From contig OZ287705.1 of NCBI GenBank assembly GCA_965649825.1, positions 186,001-250,000 of the forward strand: a stretch of DNA of 64,000 nucleotides. The letters are read 5' to 3'. Within the stretch, counting starts at the first letter, position 1. Each line of letters opens with the position of its first letter. This stretch comes from Penicillus capitatus (lineage: Eukaryota; Plantae; Chlorophyta). The notes beneath the pieces were generated by a model. That model worked only from the letters and a program-made list of their open reading frames with translations, was not told the DNA's origin and searched no databases. This document shows positions 25,345 through 37,511 of the stretch, piece after piece. Made by a program: the position numbers and the translations under genes.

Positions 25345-28300
25345 ATGAAACGGCGTTGTCGAATCTTCCTCCTGTTCTTCAGCTTCGCGCTAGTGCGACA
25401 TGCAGTCGGTCAAGGTACGACGAACGCGGGGGACCCCCTTCTCTTGACTGCGTTTTGCCTGTTTCAGACGTCTGCGATGCGTTCATCGAGGACAATGCAT
25501 TGGTCGTTGACGCGTCGACCGTGCAGGACATTGTCGCCTCGGGCACTTCGTTTCAAGAAGTGGTGAACTGCCTTCGTAACGGCGCTTCGATTCAATTCGC
25601 AACGGCGAACTTTTTCGCGAACGAAACGATTCGCATTAAGACGAACGTCTCCATCGCGTCCGTCTCTGAAGGAAGGACGACGTTTACCTGTAATGCGAGA
25701 CCAGTCTTCGAAATCAGGTCAGTCCGTCGTCGTCGTTAGAAGAACGGTGGCGAAGTGCACGCACGCACGTACATAGGAATAAGGCGACGGTCGTCTTCTC
25801 CAACATCGCTGTCGAGCAGTGCGAGTTGGACAGCGTCGACGCTCCGCTCGTGGTTGGTCCGGATGCGACGACCACCCTCAGATCCGTGATGTTTCTGAAC
25901 AATTCGAACGGCAGAGGGGCCAGCAGCATCATGGCGATGGCTGGATCCAGCGTCACCATTGAAGACGCCGAGTTCCGAGACAACGGCGGCGAACTGGGGA
26001 CGGTGGTCCTGCCGAACGCAAGCAACCTTACGGTCAGGAACTCGACGTTCTCCGACAACAGAGTCAACAACTCAGAGCACGGAGGCGGCGTCTTTCTCAT
26101 CCAGGTGTGTCTGCCATTTGCAGTTTTCCGAAGAGAACAAATCCGTCGACGATGCAGAGCGTGGAGACGCCGACGACCGTGGCCATAGCAGGGGAGAGCA
26201 GATTCATCAGGAACGAGGCGACCAACGGGGATGGGGGAGTCATCCATCTCTCCGGATCTGGCGCTTCACTCACGCTCGAGGGAGATGCGGTCTTCAAATC
26301 GAACGTCGCCGGCAGACGCGGCGGCGCCATCTTTGTGTCGGAAGCCAACCTCGTTACGATCAGGGATGCCGCTTTCGTCGACAACGAAGCAGAGGGCACC
26401 GGAGGCGGAGCGCTGTTCGCCGAGGCAAGTCTTGATGCATGCAATTAACGCAGACCTACATCTGTTCACAGGATCTGAAAAAAGACGTCGTGAACGACAT
26501 CCAAATCTCGAACAGCGTTTTCGCCAGAAACCGTGCCAGCGGGTACGGCGCATCCGGAGGCGGAATCTGTCTCCAGGGACGAGGCATACGCTGCACACTG
26601 ACCGATTCGTCGTTCACGATGAACTCGGCACGGCTCGACGGCGGCGCAATGCACGTCGCCGATCAGGCATCGACGACCATCCGCCAGGCGACGTTCGTCG
26701 GAAACGAGGCCATGAATGGAGGCGGCGCGGCGCTCTTCGTACTGGTAAGCCTCTGATCACGTATCCTTCCTCCTCATCGATGTCCTGTCGATGGCACCGC
26801 AGTCTCTGGAGCGCACCAGAGCTTCCATCTTGAACGTTACAGTGACGGACTCCAAGTTCCTCTTCAACCGAGCCCTGTACAACAACCGCGGTGGCGGGTG
26901 CTTCGTCGTCGTCGGCTTTGGATCGAACGTCACCGTTAGCGGTTGCAGCTTCAAGGACAACGATGGAGGGCGCGGCGCAGGCGGCGCTCTGTACGCCTTC
27001 CGTGGACCTGTCATCAACGTAGAGAAGTCGAGTTTCGAAAGGAACAAGGCAGAATGGGGCGGTGCGATTTACGCAGAGGTACTCTACCCTTCGCCGACAG
27101 ATCATCTTGAATATGGCTGCTGTAGCACGATGCGTCGCTTGTCGTCAGATCTAGCACGTTTCTGAATAACTCGGCGAATGAAGGGGGTGCCATGGTCGTG
27201 TGGGGCGATGTCGCCATTGAAGTGGATGACTGCACATTCCAGAAGAACCGGGCAGTGACGGAGGGAGGTGCTGTCAAGGTGCAGAACTTTGCCTCCGCCC
27301 AATTCGGCCTGGCCTACTTCCAAATGAACAACAGTCGTGTTCTGGGGAACGAAGCCGGAACCAATCTCTTCGAGGACAGACTCTATGGAACAGAGACGCA
27401 GGGAGGCGGCATCCTCGCCGAAGGCAGCGGGATCGATCTCGAACTGGAGAACAGCACGTTTAGGGGGAATCTGGCTTCCAATGGAGGCGCCTTGAGCATC
27501 TACGCCGTCGCCGCCTGCAACATCGACAGAAACAGCAAGCAAGGATCCAGTGACAGAGTGAGATCTCCTAGAAGTAACGGGAGCATTGCTGCAGGTTTCA
27601 GTACAACGCGGCCACCTTCGGTGGAGCTCTTTTCATTACCGTTGACGAAAACGTCCACTCCACCAGACTTGACGAGTATCGAGTGGCGAGTTCCACGTTT
27701 GAAAAGAACCATGTGGAGGTGGAAGGAGGGGCCATCTACGTGACGACCACAAGAACGGAATCCAACTCAGTATCATTGAATGCGCACACCTATCTGGTGC
27801 TCATAGAGAAGAGCCTTTTCCAGGAGAACACGTGAGCACATTATTATGTCTTCTGCATTTTGACGCATCTCTGGATGTCAGGGCGAGACATGGAGGCGGC
27901 GCTCTGTCTGCTATCGGATCCGCCGTGCAGGTGCATGAAAACGCTTTCAAATGGAACAGTGCCCGAGCGAACTCGACTGATCAAGCGACGCCATTCTTTG
28001 GATACGGAGGGGCAGTGCACGTTCAGTCAGGGACCACCGTCGAATGCAAAGACTCGTTGTTTTCTTTAAACGAGGCAGATGTTGGCGGTGCTGTTTTCGT
28101 CGAAGACGGATCATTTATGGGAGAATTGCTAGAGTTCAGCAAGAATGCAGTTTTCGAAGGAGGCGTCGGCGGCGCTGTGGCAGTCGAGGTTTCGAAAGGA
28201 CAGAATATTCCATACATTGCATATCGCAGCTTCCGAAAAATTATATTCCAGTGTGACGGATGCGAATTCAAACGTAACAACGGTTCTCTGGCAGGAGGTT

Positions 28301-31300
28301 ACTGATTTGTCTCTTTGTCGTTCGTGTTATCAGTGAATGATCGTGTCTTTAGGTGCTGTGCATGTGCACGACATGGATCCGGCCTCGACCTTCGAAAAGG
28401 ACAACGATCTGATGATCGACGGATGCAAGCGCGGACGGGAAGGAGAATTTCACAGCGAAGACCACGAGCTGACTTGTCTGAACTATTGGTTATTTGTCGG
28501 AATGGTGAACAATCGTACAGCTCGCTTCAGAAATACGAGTTTTGTCGAAAACACTGCGAAAGCTGGAGGCGCCATTTTCACAAACAACCTCTCGATGATC
28601 ACGATCGTGCCAGATACCGTAAAATTTCTGGATGAAAGTATCACCTATAAGCTCGACTACGTGCTGACGAAGAACAAGACGGAGCATCTCAAGGCGTGCA
28701 ACGTGAACTTTCACGAGAATAGCGTTCCTGATGGTGGGTATGGCAAGCAAGTGGCATCGACCCCCTTCGCGGCATTCCTCATCAACCGCGATGAGGAAGG
28801 TCGACGAGTTCCCAGGAAGACGTTCTCGAACGGCTCCTTCCTCAGTGGAGATCGGCTGCGATTCGATGTGGTGTTCAGAGACGGTCTGGGCGAACCCGTC
28901 ACCTTCGCAGACAACCTGACGGCTCACATCAGCTGCGACGAAGAGAGGTCGAAGAACACGTCGGCAGACTGCTCGAAGCTCGAGATATCTGGACAGGAAA
29001 CTGCCCAGGCGAGCGAGGATGGAGTGATGCGTTTCACAGCCGTCCGACTGTTGGGTCAGAGGAAGAAGACGTATACCCTGCGCATCGACTACCGTTCCAC
29101 ATCCGAGCTGCAGACGCTGAACGTGAACTCTTCCTTCGTCCGTGTGACGATGCGACCCTGCAAGATTGGCGAGAGGACAGTCAGCAAAGAAGGCGAGAAT
29201 CTGGAGTGCCAAGAATGCGGCCAGGGCGAGTTTCAGCCGTTTCCAGACAGGAACGATTGTCCGCCCTGCAACGAAGCCGAGAACCACACCCAGTGCGATG
29301 GGAAAACGATCGTGCCGCGCGATGGATACTGGCACGCCACCTCGTTTTCGTTCGCCGCCCAGCAGTGCATTGGCCACGACGCCTGCAGGTCGTCGGAGGA
29401 CGGGGAGACGAGGACGGAGAAGCTCAGGGAGATTGCAAGAGAGGCGCACGAACGGGACGAGCCTCTGCTTCACAACTTCAGAGAGAACAGCACGCTGTGC
29501 AGAAAGGTTATCTAAACAACGTCGTTATCTCAGTCACATCTTTTTGCTGCGTTCAGGGTTATCAGGGTGTTCTCTGCGGCAGCTGCGAGAATGGCTACGG
29601 CAGAGAGGGAAGCGTCTGCCGAAAATGCGGATCGCCTGCCATGCGTGCATTCATATTGACGATGCTGATCCTCTGGTCGTTTCTGTTCTTCACGTATTTC
29701 ATTCGATCTGTGCTGCTACTGGCCACGCGCATCGAGTTCAACAAGAGATTCAGTCAAGCGAGAGTAACGCAAATTAGACATCGGGCAGCGAATTCCTCTC
29801 CGTCCACATCGCAGTCAACGACGAAAGCCGAAACCAGCCAAACTCCGAAGACAGATCTCGAGATGGCGTCAATGTCTTCGGTGGTGGAGGTTGTAGAATT
29901 GCCCTATAGCGAAGCGAGGAGACCAGCTGCAAGCCAGTTGCAGGAACAGAATGATCCAGCAGGAAACGTGACAAAGGAGTCCAAGATGACCCACATTGAA
30001 AGACTGAGCAGACTGAGAGCTTCAACGAGAAGCCAGGGACAGGAAGGTGCTGCGCAAAATACAAGGAGGCGACGACGCTTTCGAAAGGGAGGAAGATTGG
30101 CACAGAAGCTCCAGACACTGCTCAATCCGACCAACTCCAACGTCGCCATCGAGCCCCTGACTCTGGCCAATCCTGTCTCGGAAGTCCTCAAGGTGTGCCC
30201 GTTCTGTCTGACGGTTCGTGTGCGAAGACCGACTTCGTGTGTTCTTCAGATTCTTGTCAACTTCCTCCAAGTGACATCCGTCGCACTCTCGATCAATGTT
30301 GACTGGGAAGACTCTCTGAGAAGGACACTCTACGCAATGGGTATGTTCTTAAACATGAAAGTCGGACATCTTTCTTGGGCTTGAATGCAGGTGCCATCGG
30401 CAATCTCTCTTCCGGCACTGGATACCTCTCACTGGACTGCTATCTCGATGAGAACGGTCATCCGAAGTCCCTTCGCCGGATGACAATCACCATCCTCTAT
30501 CCGCTGCTGATGTTCGTCGTCTACGTTTTCATGTGGGCAAGCTACAGCCTCATCAGGAGAAGAGGAAAGAGGTCCTACATCGCTTGACGACCGACTGGAT
30601 CCTCACAAGACCTTCCGCTGTTCTCTAGTTACTGCGGCCAGAGGATTCTGTTGACGTTTCTGGCGATCAACTACTTCATCTACATCGGCATGACCAAGAA
30701 CCTGCTGCGCTTCTTCGCCTGTACGCACGTCAACGACGACAGGGAGGGATCGAACTGGCATCGCTTCGTCTGGGAAGAAGACACAGATGTCGAGTGCTAC
30801 GAGGGTCGCCACGCGTTGCTCGTCGGCGTCCTCGTCCTTCCTCTCCTCCTTTCCGTTACCTTTGGATTCCCCGCTGGGATTCTCATAACACTCAGACGCA
30901 ACAAGAGTCAGCTGAACGACGAGGGTTTTGTCGAGACGTTCGGATTCCTATACAGAGCCTACGACAGATACTACTGGGAAGTGGTCATCATGCTGCGCAA
31001 GGCAGTGATTGCTGCCATCGCAGTGTTCGCCCATCGACTCGGCGCAACGCTCCAGGGCCTCATGTGCGTCCTGGTGATCGTCATCGCCCTGTCGGTGCAA
31101 CTGGCGGCGCAGCCTTTTACGCGAGAGATTCCGCAGCTGAATTACCTGGAGACGTGCTCGCTCGGCACAACCATCGCCGTCTTCGTTGCTGGGCTCATGA
31201 TGAACGCCGACACAGTTGACCAGATGGACCGCGTCGCCCTCAGTGTGATAGCGATTTTCTTCGTCTGCTTCACTCTTCTGTTCATCCTGGTTCAGCTGGT

Positions 31301-31668
31301 GTTCGCCACCGAGGAGTTCATCGACATGAAACTGATCGAAGTGAAGGCAATGGAGATCCAGGAGGTGATCGATGCGCGTCTGCACGAGAAGGTGCATCGT
31401 CTGATTCAACACTACGGAGCAACGGCGATCGTGACCATCCGAACTCTCGTCCAGCTTTTGATGAGGCGTCCTCGTCAACGCAGAGAAACCGAAGTCGCTC
31501 AAGGTGTGTATTCGTAAATTCCATTCAACACATGTGTCTTTATGTAATGCTTGATTCGTCGGCGAGAGCCGCCTCCATTCATGTTCGAGTGTTTTGAATG
31601 AATGCGTTTCTGTGTTTCTAGGTTCGTTCTACCGTCGTGTGGGCGAGGCTCAAGCGCACGCACCTTAA
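25345..31668 (+). CDS. Pmp-repeat / Cys-rich / multi-pass TM receptor-like protein, copy C
   Basis: Same exon-intron layout as copy B: ATG 25345, TM exon ORF 30651..31517, inferred terminal exon ending at TAA 31668. Confidence 0.9.
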
Positions 31669-33630
31669 ACACCTGGTTATTTTTTGGTAACAGGACACAG
31701 TGGGGGATGCGATGTTTCATCAGATTCTTTTTTGTCATTCGACGTCTATCAAGCTTCGAACTGAGCTCAAGGAGGCTCAGTACCAATGCAGTCATTCAAA
31801 CATCTTACGGACATGGAGGTTCTACACCATGCATGATCCAGTCCGACTATCTTTTTTGAACGTTTTCCAATGAGCGTGCGCATCGTTTATTTGCGATGAT
31901 CACTGCACGAGTGTATTTTTTAAGTGTTTTGGCGCAGAGGATGTTGAGGTACCGATCGTCTTTAAGCTTATGGATTATGGCACTCGTCCGATCGCCGCAG
32001 AAACGGTCTTTCTCTCACATAATCGCGCAGCAGTAGCTCCTTGGCGCGATGTTTCACTCTCTGGATAAAGCATCCCGTTTTGGATCTCTCTTGACCGACC
32101 TCCTCCGTGCGCGCATGAGTCAGGTTTTCTTCCTCACTGCTGACGCCTCGTCTCGTTGTGCCAATTCGCAAACCACGCCGTTCAGCGGACTTCCCAATTA
32201 GCGGCTGTTCAATCGCCCTGTTATCAACGTTTGGAGAGGGGCTGGTACGTTGTGTCGACAGTGCACGAGCTTCGTAAAGAACGAACTGTTTGTTGCGTAT
32301 GGCCTGTCTCCCTGTCCGTTTGTACTCAGACGCAAACTCTTGTTCGACGATACATTCTGGCATCTGATCCATGGGGTGCTCGGTGCCTTGTCACGACGTG
32401 AACGGGTGAAGGTGATATCCTTCGGCTTTTCTTTGACAACGTGAAGCTGTTATCGGCAACGGTGTGGACAGGCAGAGAAGCACTCTGCGCGGAACGTAAA
32501 GCAACACAACGCAACGGACGCTCCGTCTGTTTAGTTTCTTGCGGACCTGATAACGCCACCTGGCTGTCAATCCGGTAACACTCAGATGCCCTCAATACGC
32601 AGTTGAACGTTTCCTTGAGCTCAGGCTCGAACGATCTTCTGCTCGATAAGCAGACTTCCGAACAACGCAGGACAACGCCACTGCCCGGCGCAGTCATTTT
32701 TGCAAAACTGAGCTCGCACAAAACGCAGTTCCTTCTTGATCCCGCCGTCTTCGGCGACTGAACGAGCTCTCGCGCATCGCCCGATTGTCCATTTTCGGGA
32801 TATTCCCTTCTCGCCTCGGCGTCGTCGTTCACTGCGCTGGCCGACATGCGTGTTCTTCCAACGGATCCACGTCTCTGTACTTGACAAAGCACGGTGCCGA
32901 ACGCGTTTACTGAGCTAGCTTGTGTTTGGACTTGCAGATTCCTGAGAGAGTATAATCGCGAGACGGAGTTGATACGCACCAACCGTGGCACCCGGACGCG
33001 GCAGCAAAGGGAATTGAGGAGCCATTGACAAAAGGAATGCGCAAAGGTCGAGATGGAACCTATGTATTGCTTCACACCGTCACAAGGGATGTCTGTCGCG
33101 AGTGGGATCCGTGGTGGAAATGGCTACAAGATTGTCGCTCGCCTCCTAGCACAGATTGTCGTTTTAAGGGGGCGAATCCAATCATCGATAGAAATGACGT
33201 GGTAGACGACCGGTCGTGATGGAGGACTTTATGCGGCGTTCTCCTCATCGCGGAATGGATTTGTCATTACGCGGTCGTGGTATAAACAGTTCCTTACAAA
33301 AGATAAAGAGAGAGTCCATCGTTATTCACGCCCCTTCTTAAATGCCTCCTGATCAGGAGGGGCGACTAATATGTTGCTGATCCGATGACTGTAAATGAAA
33401 TGATCAGTCTGTCAGAATGACTGTAGCAAGTCACATCGTGACTGTCTCGGTTTCTAAGGGTTCTGTCTCTGAAGGGGCGCTCATTCGGGGTTAACGTCAC
33501 CTCAGAGTCCTTTTCCTATGGCTCTGAGAGGCTGGTGACTTACCTGTCCTGTCACTATTAGCGTATAAATCCGTAGACGTGGCCTTGTAGATACCCTTGC
33601 TCTGTAAGAACGTGAAGCCTTCCGCTGACA

Positions 33631-33642
33631 TGGTTTCGGAGC
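33631..33642 (+). promoter_or_regulatory. Primer-binding site, initiator-Met-like
   Basis: TGGTTTCGGAGC directly abuts the 5' LTR and matches the plant-type tRNAiMet PBS TGGTATCAGAGC at 10/12 positions. Confidence 0.6.
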
Positions 33643-33786
33643 GCTGTTAACGCTCCTCCGTTTGAACTCCGTCTGAGTGACGTTGCGCTTGTGTTGTGTG
33701 CACTGAGGCGCCTTACTGTGTGGAAGTCGAGTCCTGTCTAGTCAAGTCTAGACGTACCAAGGAATTTCAAGAAAGCTGTTGTGAGG

Positions 33787-34780
33787 ATGAGTCGAGCACG
33801 ACGAGATAGAAGAGCGCAGGGTCGCCAAGAAGAGAGAAGCTTACGCGGGAACTACATTTTGGAAGAGTTCCGTGCCAAGAGTATCATTGCCGACGCCGGC
33901 GAAGATGACAGGTTATATCCTGAACTGTTCGGACGAGCTGTGTGGACACAGCCAGATGATTACGACGACGACGCGTGGTACTGGTTGGTGAATACAGATG
34001 ACATGAGGGACTTTCTCGGGCGCACCAGCCCATGGCTACACGAGAGACGTAAACTGCAGGAGGAACTGCAGGAAGAGAAGAGAGCAGCTAATTGGTTGCG
34101 GCGTGAACTAGACGCACAGGATGAAGAAACCACCCGTATGCACGCAGAACAGAACGGCTACGGGAGAGCCTACAAATGAACGACGAACCAACGAAAAGCT
34201 GCGAATTGACATGGCTGAGGCGAAACGAGATGCGAACAGGGCCCGCGTAGACGCTTCCTCTTTACAACAGAAGCTCAGAGAGACAGAAACTGCCTTCACA
34301 GAGGCAAAAAAACAGTTCATATCGGCACCTGATTTGGTGTCGAGTCTACAGTCGCTGACCGAGGAAGTGAAAACGATACAGGAAGACCTAAACAAAACGT
34401 TTGACAAGACAACCGAGGCGGTGGCTCTGAGGCCAGAAGAAGAACGACGAAACTCGAGGACGCTGCAGCAAATGAAGCGTGTGCTGCACGATCTTGGACG
34501 TTATCCGCGGAGACGGCGAACGAAGGCGGATGTAACAGGAGAAGATGGCGCAAGGAATATGAAGCGTGGCAGAATTTGTTACATCTGCCGATGCAAAGGG
34601 CATCTGGCAAAAGATTGTCCGCGGGCGCAGAATCCAGATACAGTCGAGTCAGCACAAGCAACGACATCAGATACAGAGCAGCATAGAATGGAGAATCCAC
34701 CGGAGACGAGAGAAGAACAAACGCTGCGGTTTACGTCTATGTTCAGACCCATGTTTAGAATGTTCAACTCGGGCGACTGA
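33787..34780 (+). pseudogene. gag: Gag (coiled coil plus CCHC zinc knuckle) split by a +1 frameshift near 34173
   Basis: ORF 33781..34179 and ORF 34121..34780 (CYICRCKGHLAKDC). Removing one A from TACAAATGAA gives a continuous ...GRAYNERRTNEKL... frame. Confidence 0.8.
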
Positions 34781-34810
34781 TTTCATTTCCATTTTTCGGG
34801 GGAGGGTTTT

Positions 34811-35016
34811 TGACGGGGATACGCCAAACACTGGCGCGCCGCGTGCGCGCGAACGCGTATGCGAAGGCGGAGGAACTGTAAAGAGCCAAAGCTAAGACTG
34901 ATTACATGGTGAGCCCAGTCAGCTTTATAGCCCTGGCGCCCGCGGACCGCTGTCATGTCAAGCAGTGGACAGCCTGTCCGGTCCGCGGGGCCGTAACCGT
35001 TATCGCGTACCCGTCA
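34811..35016 (+). mobile_element. 206-bp element W (solo-LTR-like or MITE-like) nested in U
   Basis: Termini TGACGGG...CCCGTCA; TSD GTTTT at 34806-34810 and 35017-35021. Confidence 0.85.
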
Positions 35017-35411
35017 GTTTTTCATTTTTCGGAGTTTCGCGCAAGCGGAGATGTATGGGCCCATGTCAGAATAACTGTAGCAAGTTACATCGTGACTGCC
35101 TCGGTTTCTAAGGGTTCTGTCTCTGAAGGGGCGCTCATTCGGGGTTAACGTCACCTCAGAGTCCTTTTCCTGTGGCTCTGAGAGGCTGGTGACTCACCTG
35201 TCCTGTCACTATTAGCGTATAAATCCGTAGACGTGGCCTTGTAGATACCCTTGCTCTGTAAGAACGTGAAGCCTTCCGCAAACACAGTCATCGCATTAAT
35301 ATTGTCTGCAGGAGCCCACAAGATTACTGTCCGTCAAGTGTCGTTCACTCATGAAGGCGAAGCCTAGTTTCTTTAATGTGCCTGCGATGGCGGTCCACGG
35401 AAGATCATAAC

Positions 35412-35955
35412 TGTCGACGAGATTTTCACGGCGATGGGACTGCCCAGTGAGAAAGGGGGCACGTAGGTGAGGGGACACTTACTGTCTTGTCACAAGGGCT
35501 TCTTGAGCTTCGGGGGATACTTTTCTATGGTTCTAGCAGCGTGCTGACTCACCTGCCTAGGGATGCCATGTCCCCCAGACTGGATAAGAGACTGAGGACG
35601 TATTGTGTTTTGACTTATTGTCTGTTCGTTGTGAGGCTTTCGACCTCGACGTCGTCGGCAACTCTGGCTAACGACGAAGCTGAGCGAGACATTACGCGCG
35701 CCTTCGTACCATACGCACCTCTATACCCCACCTTTCAGAAGCGCCTCGATCTTTTTAGACACGGGAAATACTCAGAACTTCTCCACCGAGGTGCGGATCA
35801 GGTCGTCCATAACGTGGGCCTTTACGACACCCGAAGAAGCTCTGAGAACCGCAACATCGACGTCAACTTCGCCTCTGAAGAACTTATGACCTCCGGACCA
35901 TCGGAGACGCATTTAGGAGAAGAAGAGGGACAAGTTGTCCAACCGAACGGCGAAA
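35412..35955. mobile_element. LTR-like element X (544 bp)
   Basis: Starts TGTCGACGA with an internal inverted match TCGTCGGCA at 35652-35660. Shares the GACTCACCTG core with the LTRs of U and with Z. Flanked by ATAAC on both sides (35407-35411, 35956-35960). The right terminus is degenerate. Confidence 0.6.
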
Positions 35956-35960
35956 ATAAC

Positions 35961-36440
35961 TGACGGGTGTACGACAATGGTTGCGGCCCCGCGGACCGGA
36001 CAGGCTGTCCGCTTCTTGACATGACAGCAGTCCGCGGGCGCGGAGGGTATTTAATTTGTCGGCAAGATGGGGATCTGTCGATGTGACTGTCTTGGACAGG
36101 AGGGATGCACCTTGCTTTGGGACACTCGGGGTCTTGTCATTTGGGGGTTTGGGCCTTAAAGGGGCCTTTTTCTCTGGTCCTGGAGCGGTGTTGAGTCACC
36201 TGCCTAGGCATGTCGCATCACCACAGGGGTATTTAAATGAACAATCTGCACTTGTTTTGACCTTGCTCCAAACAGTTGTAATTCAAGTCTTCCGCTGAAT
36301 CTTTCGTCCGGCCCGATCGCCGACATAATTGACGGTATGCGCCATGTAAGTAGTCTCTGCATTGACTCTTCGCTGTTCCTCCGTCTTTGCACACGCGTAG
36401 GCGCGTTCGCGTCGCGCCAAAGTCGGACGCATCCCCGTCA
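35961..36440 (-). mobile_element. Second copy (Y) of the 206-bp element, inverted relative to W and interrupted by Z
   Basis: The reverse complement aligns with 34811-35016. 480 bp minus Z (269) and one TSD (5) equals 206. TSD ATAAC at 35956-35960 and 36441-36445. Confidence 0.85.
36057..36325. mobile_element. Solo LTR Z (269 bp) nested in Y
   Basis: TGTCGGC...GCCGACA termini; TSD TAATT at 36052-36056 and 36326-36330; contains GAGTCACCTGCCTAGG and a TATTTAAA box. Confidence 0.88.
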
Positions 36441-37120
36441 ATAACTATCACAACGGAGGGTGTCGCCGAATGATCTGAGCACGTTCAGGTCGGGAGACGA
36501 GAGGAATTGGACGGGTATTCTTACACGAACATCGGTACGGCGTTATATAGGTATACGTCATGTCAAGCAACAGTGACGTCATGTGATCTAACGGAACGAT
36601 TTTTTGATGAACGCATCGATCTTCTGAGTTGTCACCTCGGCCGGCGAAAGACGTTCAAGACCCTATCTAGGTTGCTGTCTGTCCACGTTGAAAACGCGTC
36701 CCTGATACTGTCCACTGACCCAACCGAGGACCAGAATATGGTCAGCTTTGTTTGAATGCAGACGTGCACCAGTCAGCCTAATCTGCGCCCAATGGTGCTT
36801 CGTGCTGCAGCTTATGTATTGCACGCTTTTAAGTCTTGATCCCCCGAAACGCTTGTCGACATATCTTCTCCGGGTGTTGTGGTCTGTCGCATGCAATTGT
36901 GGCATTGTTTTTTTGCGACTGGAATCATCTAGACGAAAGACTGCGGTGGCGTCTTCGTCGCAACACCATTCTAAAGATACGAACGTTCACTGTGTCACTC
37001 TCTTCATCTTGCCATCACGTTGATTGCCTGACGCCTCGACGGTTTCGCAAGGCCTCTATGTCATAATCTCGATTAAGGCCGACGGTAGAGCGAGTACAGA
37101 TTTGCGAAATACTCCGTCAC

Positions 37121-37511
37121 TGTGACTATCTACCCGGATCTAAATCTCGCTCTCCTTTGCTTGTCCAAAGGTAGAAAGCAGACTCAGGGTGAACATGAAA
37201 ACGGACATGTAAGCACACAGCAGAAGTCACAGGAAGGGTCACATCACTCACTGATTGCAGAAAGACAGCTGTCCTGGTCATACAAGCTATGGACGAGCAA
37301 AAGTTCTTGCTTCTGTGGCATGGGTGTTCAAAGGTATCCCCGTCCCACGAGTATAGACGGATCAGAATGTCTCGGAGTGCGAACACACGACGAAGGAGAT
37401 TGAGTTCCTGCTCGCGAATCGACAACCACTTCCTCGTCCCCTGCCTCGTACCCTACCGTTTGTAAATCAGCTAACGCGAGGGCAATGCATTCTGATAACA
37501 CATCTGTCACA
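37121..37511. mobile_element. Possible old solo LTR (391 bp)
   Basis: TGTGAC...GTCACA termini in sequence unique to spacer 3. The flanks (TCAC / TCAG) are only an imperfect TSD. Confidence 0.3.

Larger units (their letters stand above)
33410..35284 (+). mobile_element. Complete non-autonomous gag-only LTR retroelement U (TR-GAG-like), 1875 bp
   Basis: 221-bp LTRs at 33410-33630 (TGTCAG...CTGACA) and 35064-35284, with about 7 differences by my count. 5-bp TSD CAGTC (33405-33409, 35285-35289). PBS-like TGGTTTCGGAGC follows the 5' LTR. Gag with a CCHC knuckle; no pol. Confidence 0.93.
33262..35320. mobile_element. Solo-LTR-like element V (~179 bp after removing the nested insert)
   Basis: Starts TGT and ends ACA. 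Flanked by GGATT (33257-33261) and AGATT (35321-35325). The uninterrupted site in spacers 1 and 2 reads GGAATGGATTACTGTCC. Confidence 0.65.

Noticed and set aside
4640-31668. Diversity-generating retroelement (RT beside repeated variable adhesin genes)
   Set aside because: The RT is part of a dead Ty3/gypsy pol. I see no template/variable repeat pair, and differences among copies are block-wise and not restricted to adenines.
34121-34179. Programmed ribosomal frameshift in the gag of element U (and at 9690 in the LINE ORF1)
   Set aside because: No canonical slippery heptamer is evident, and a single-base indel restores each frame. Mutation or a homopolymer sequencing error is simpler.
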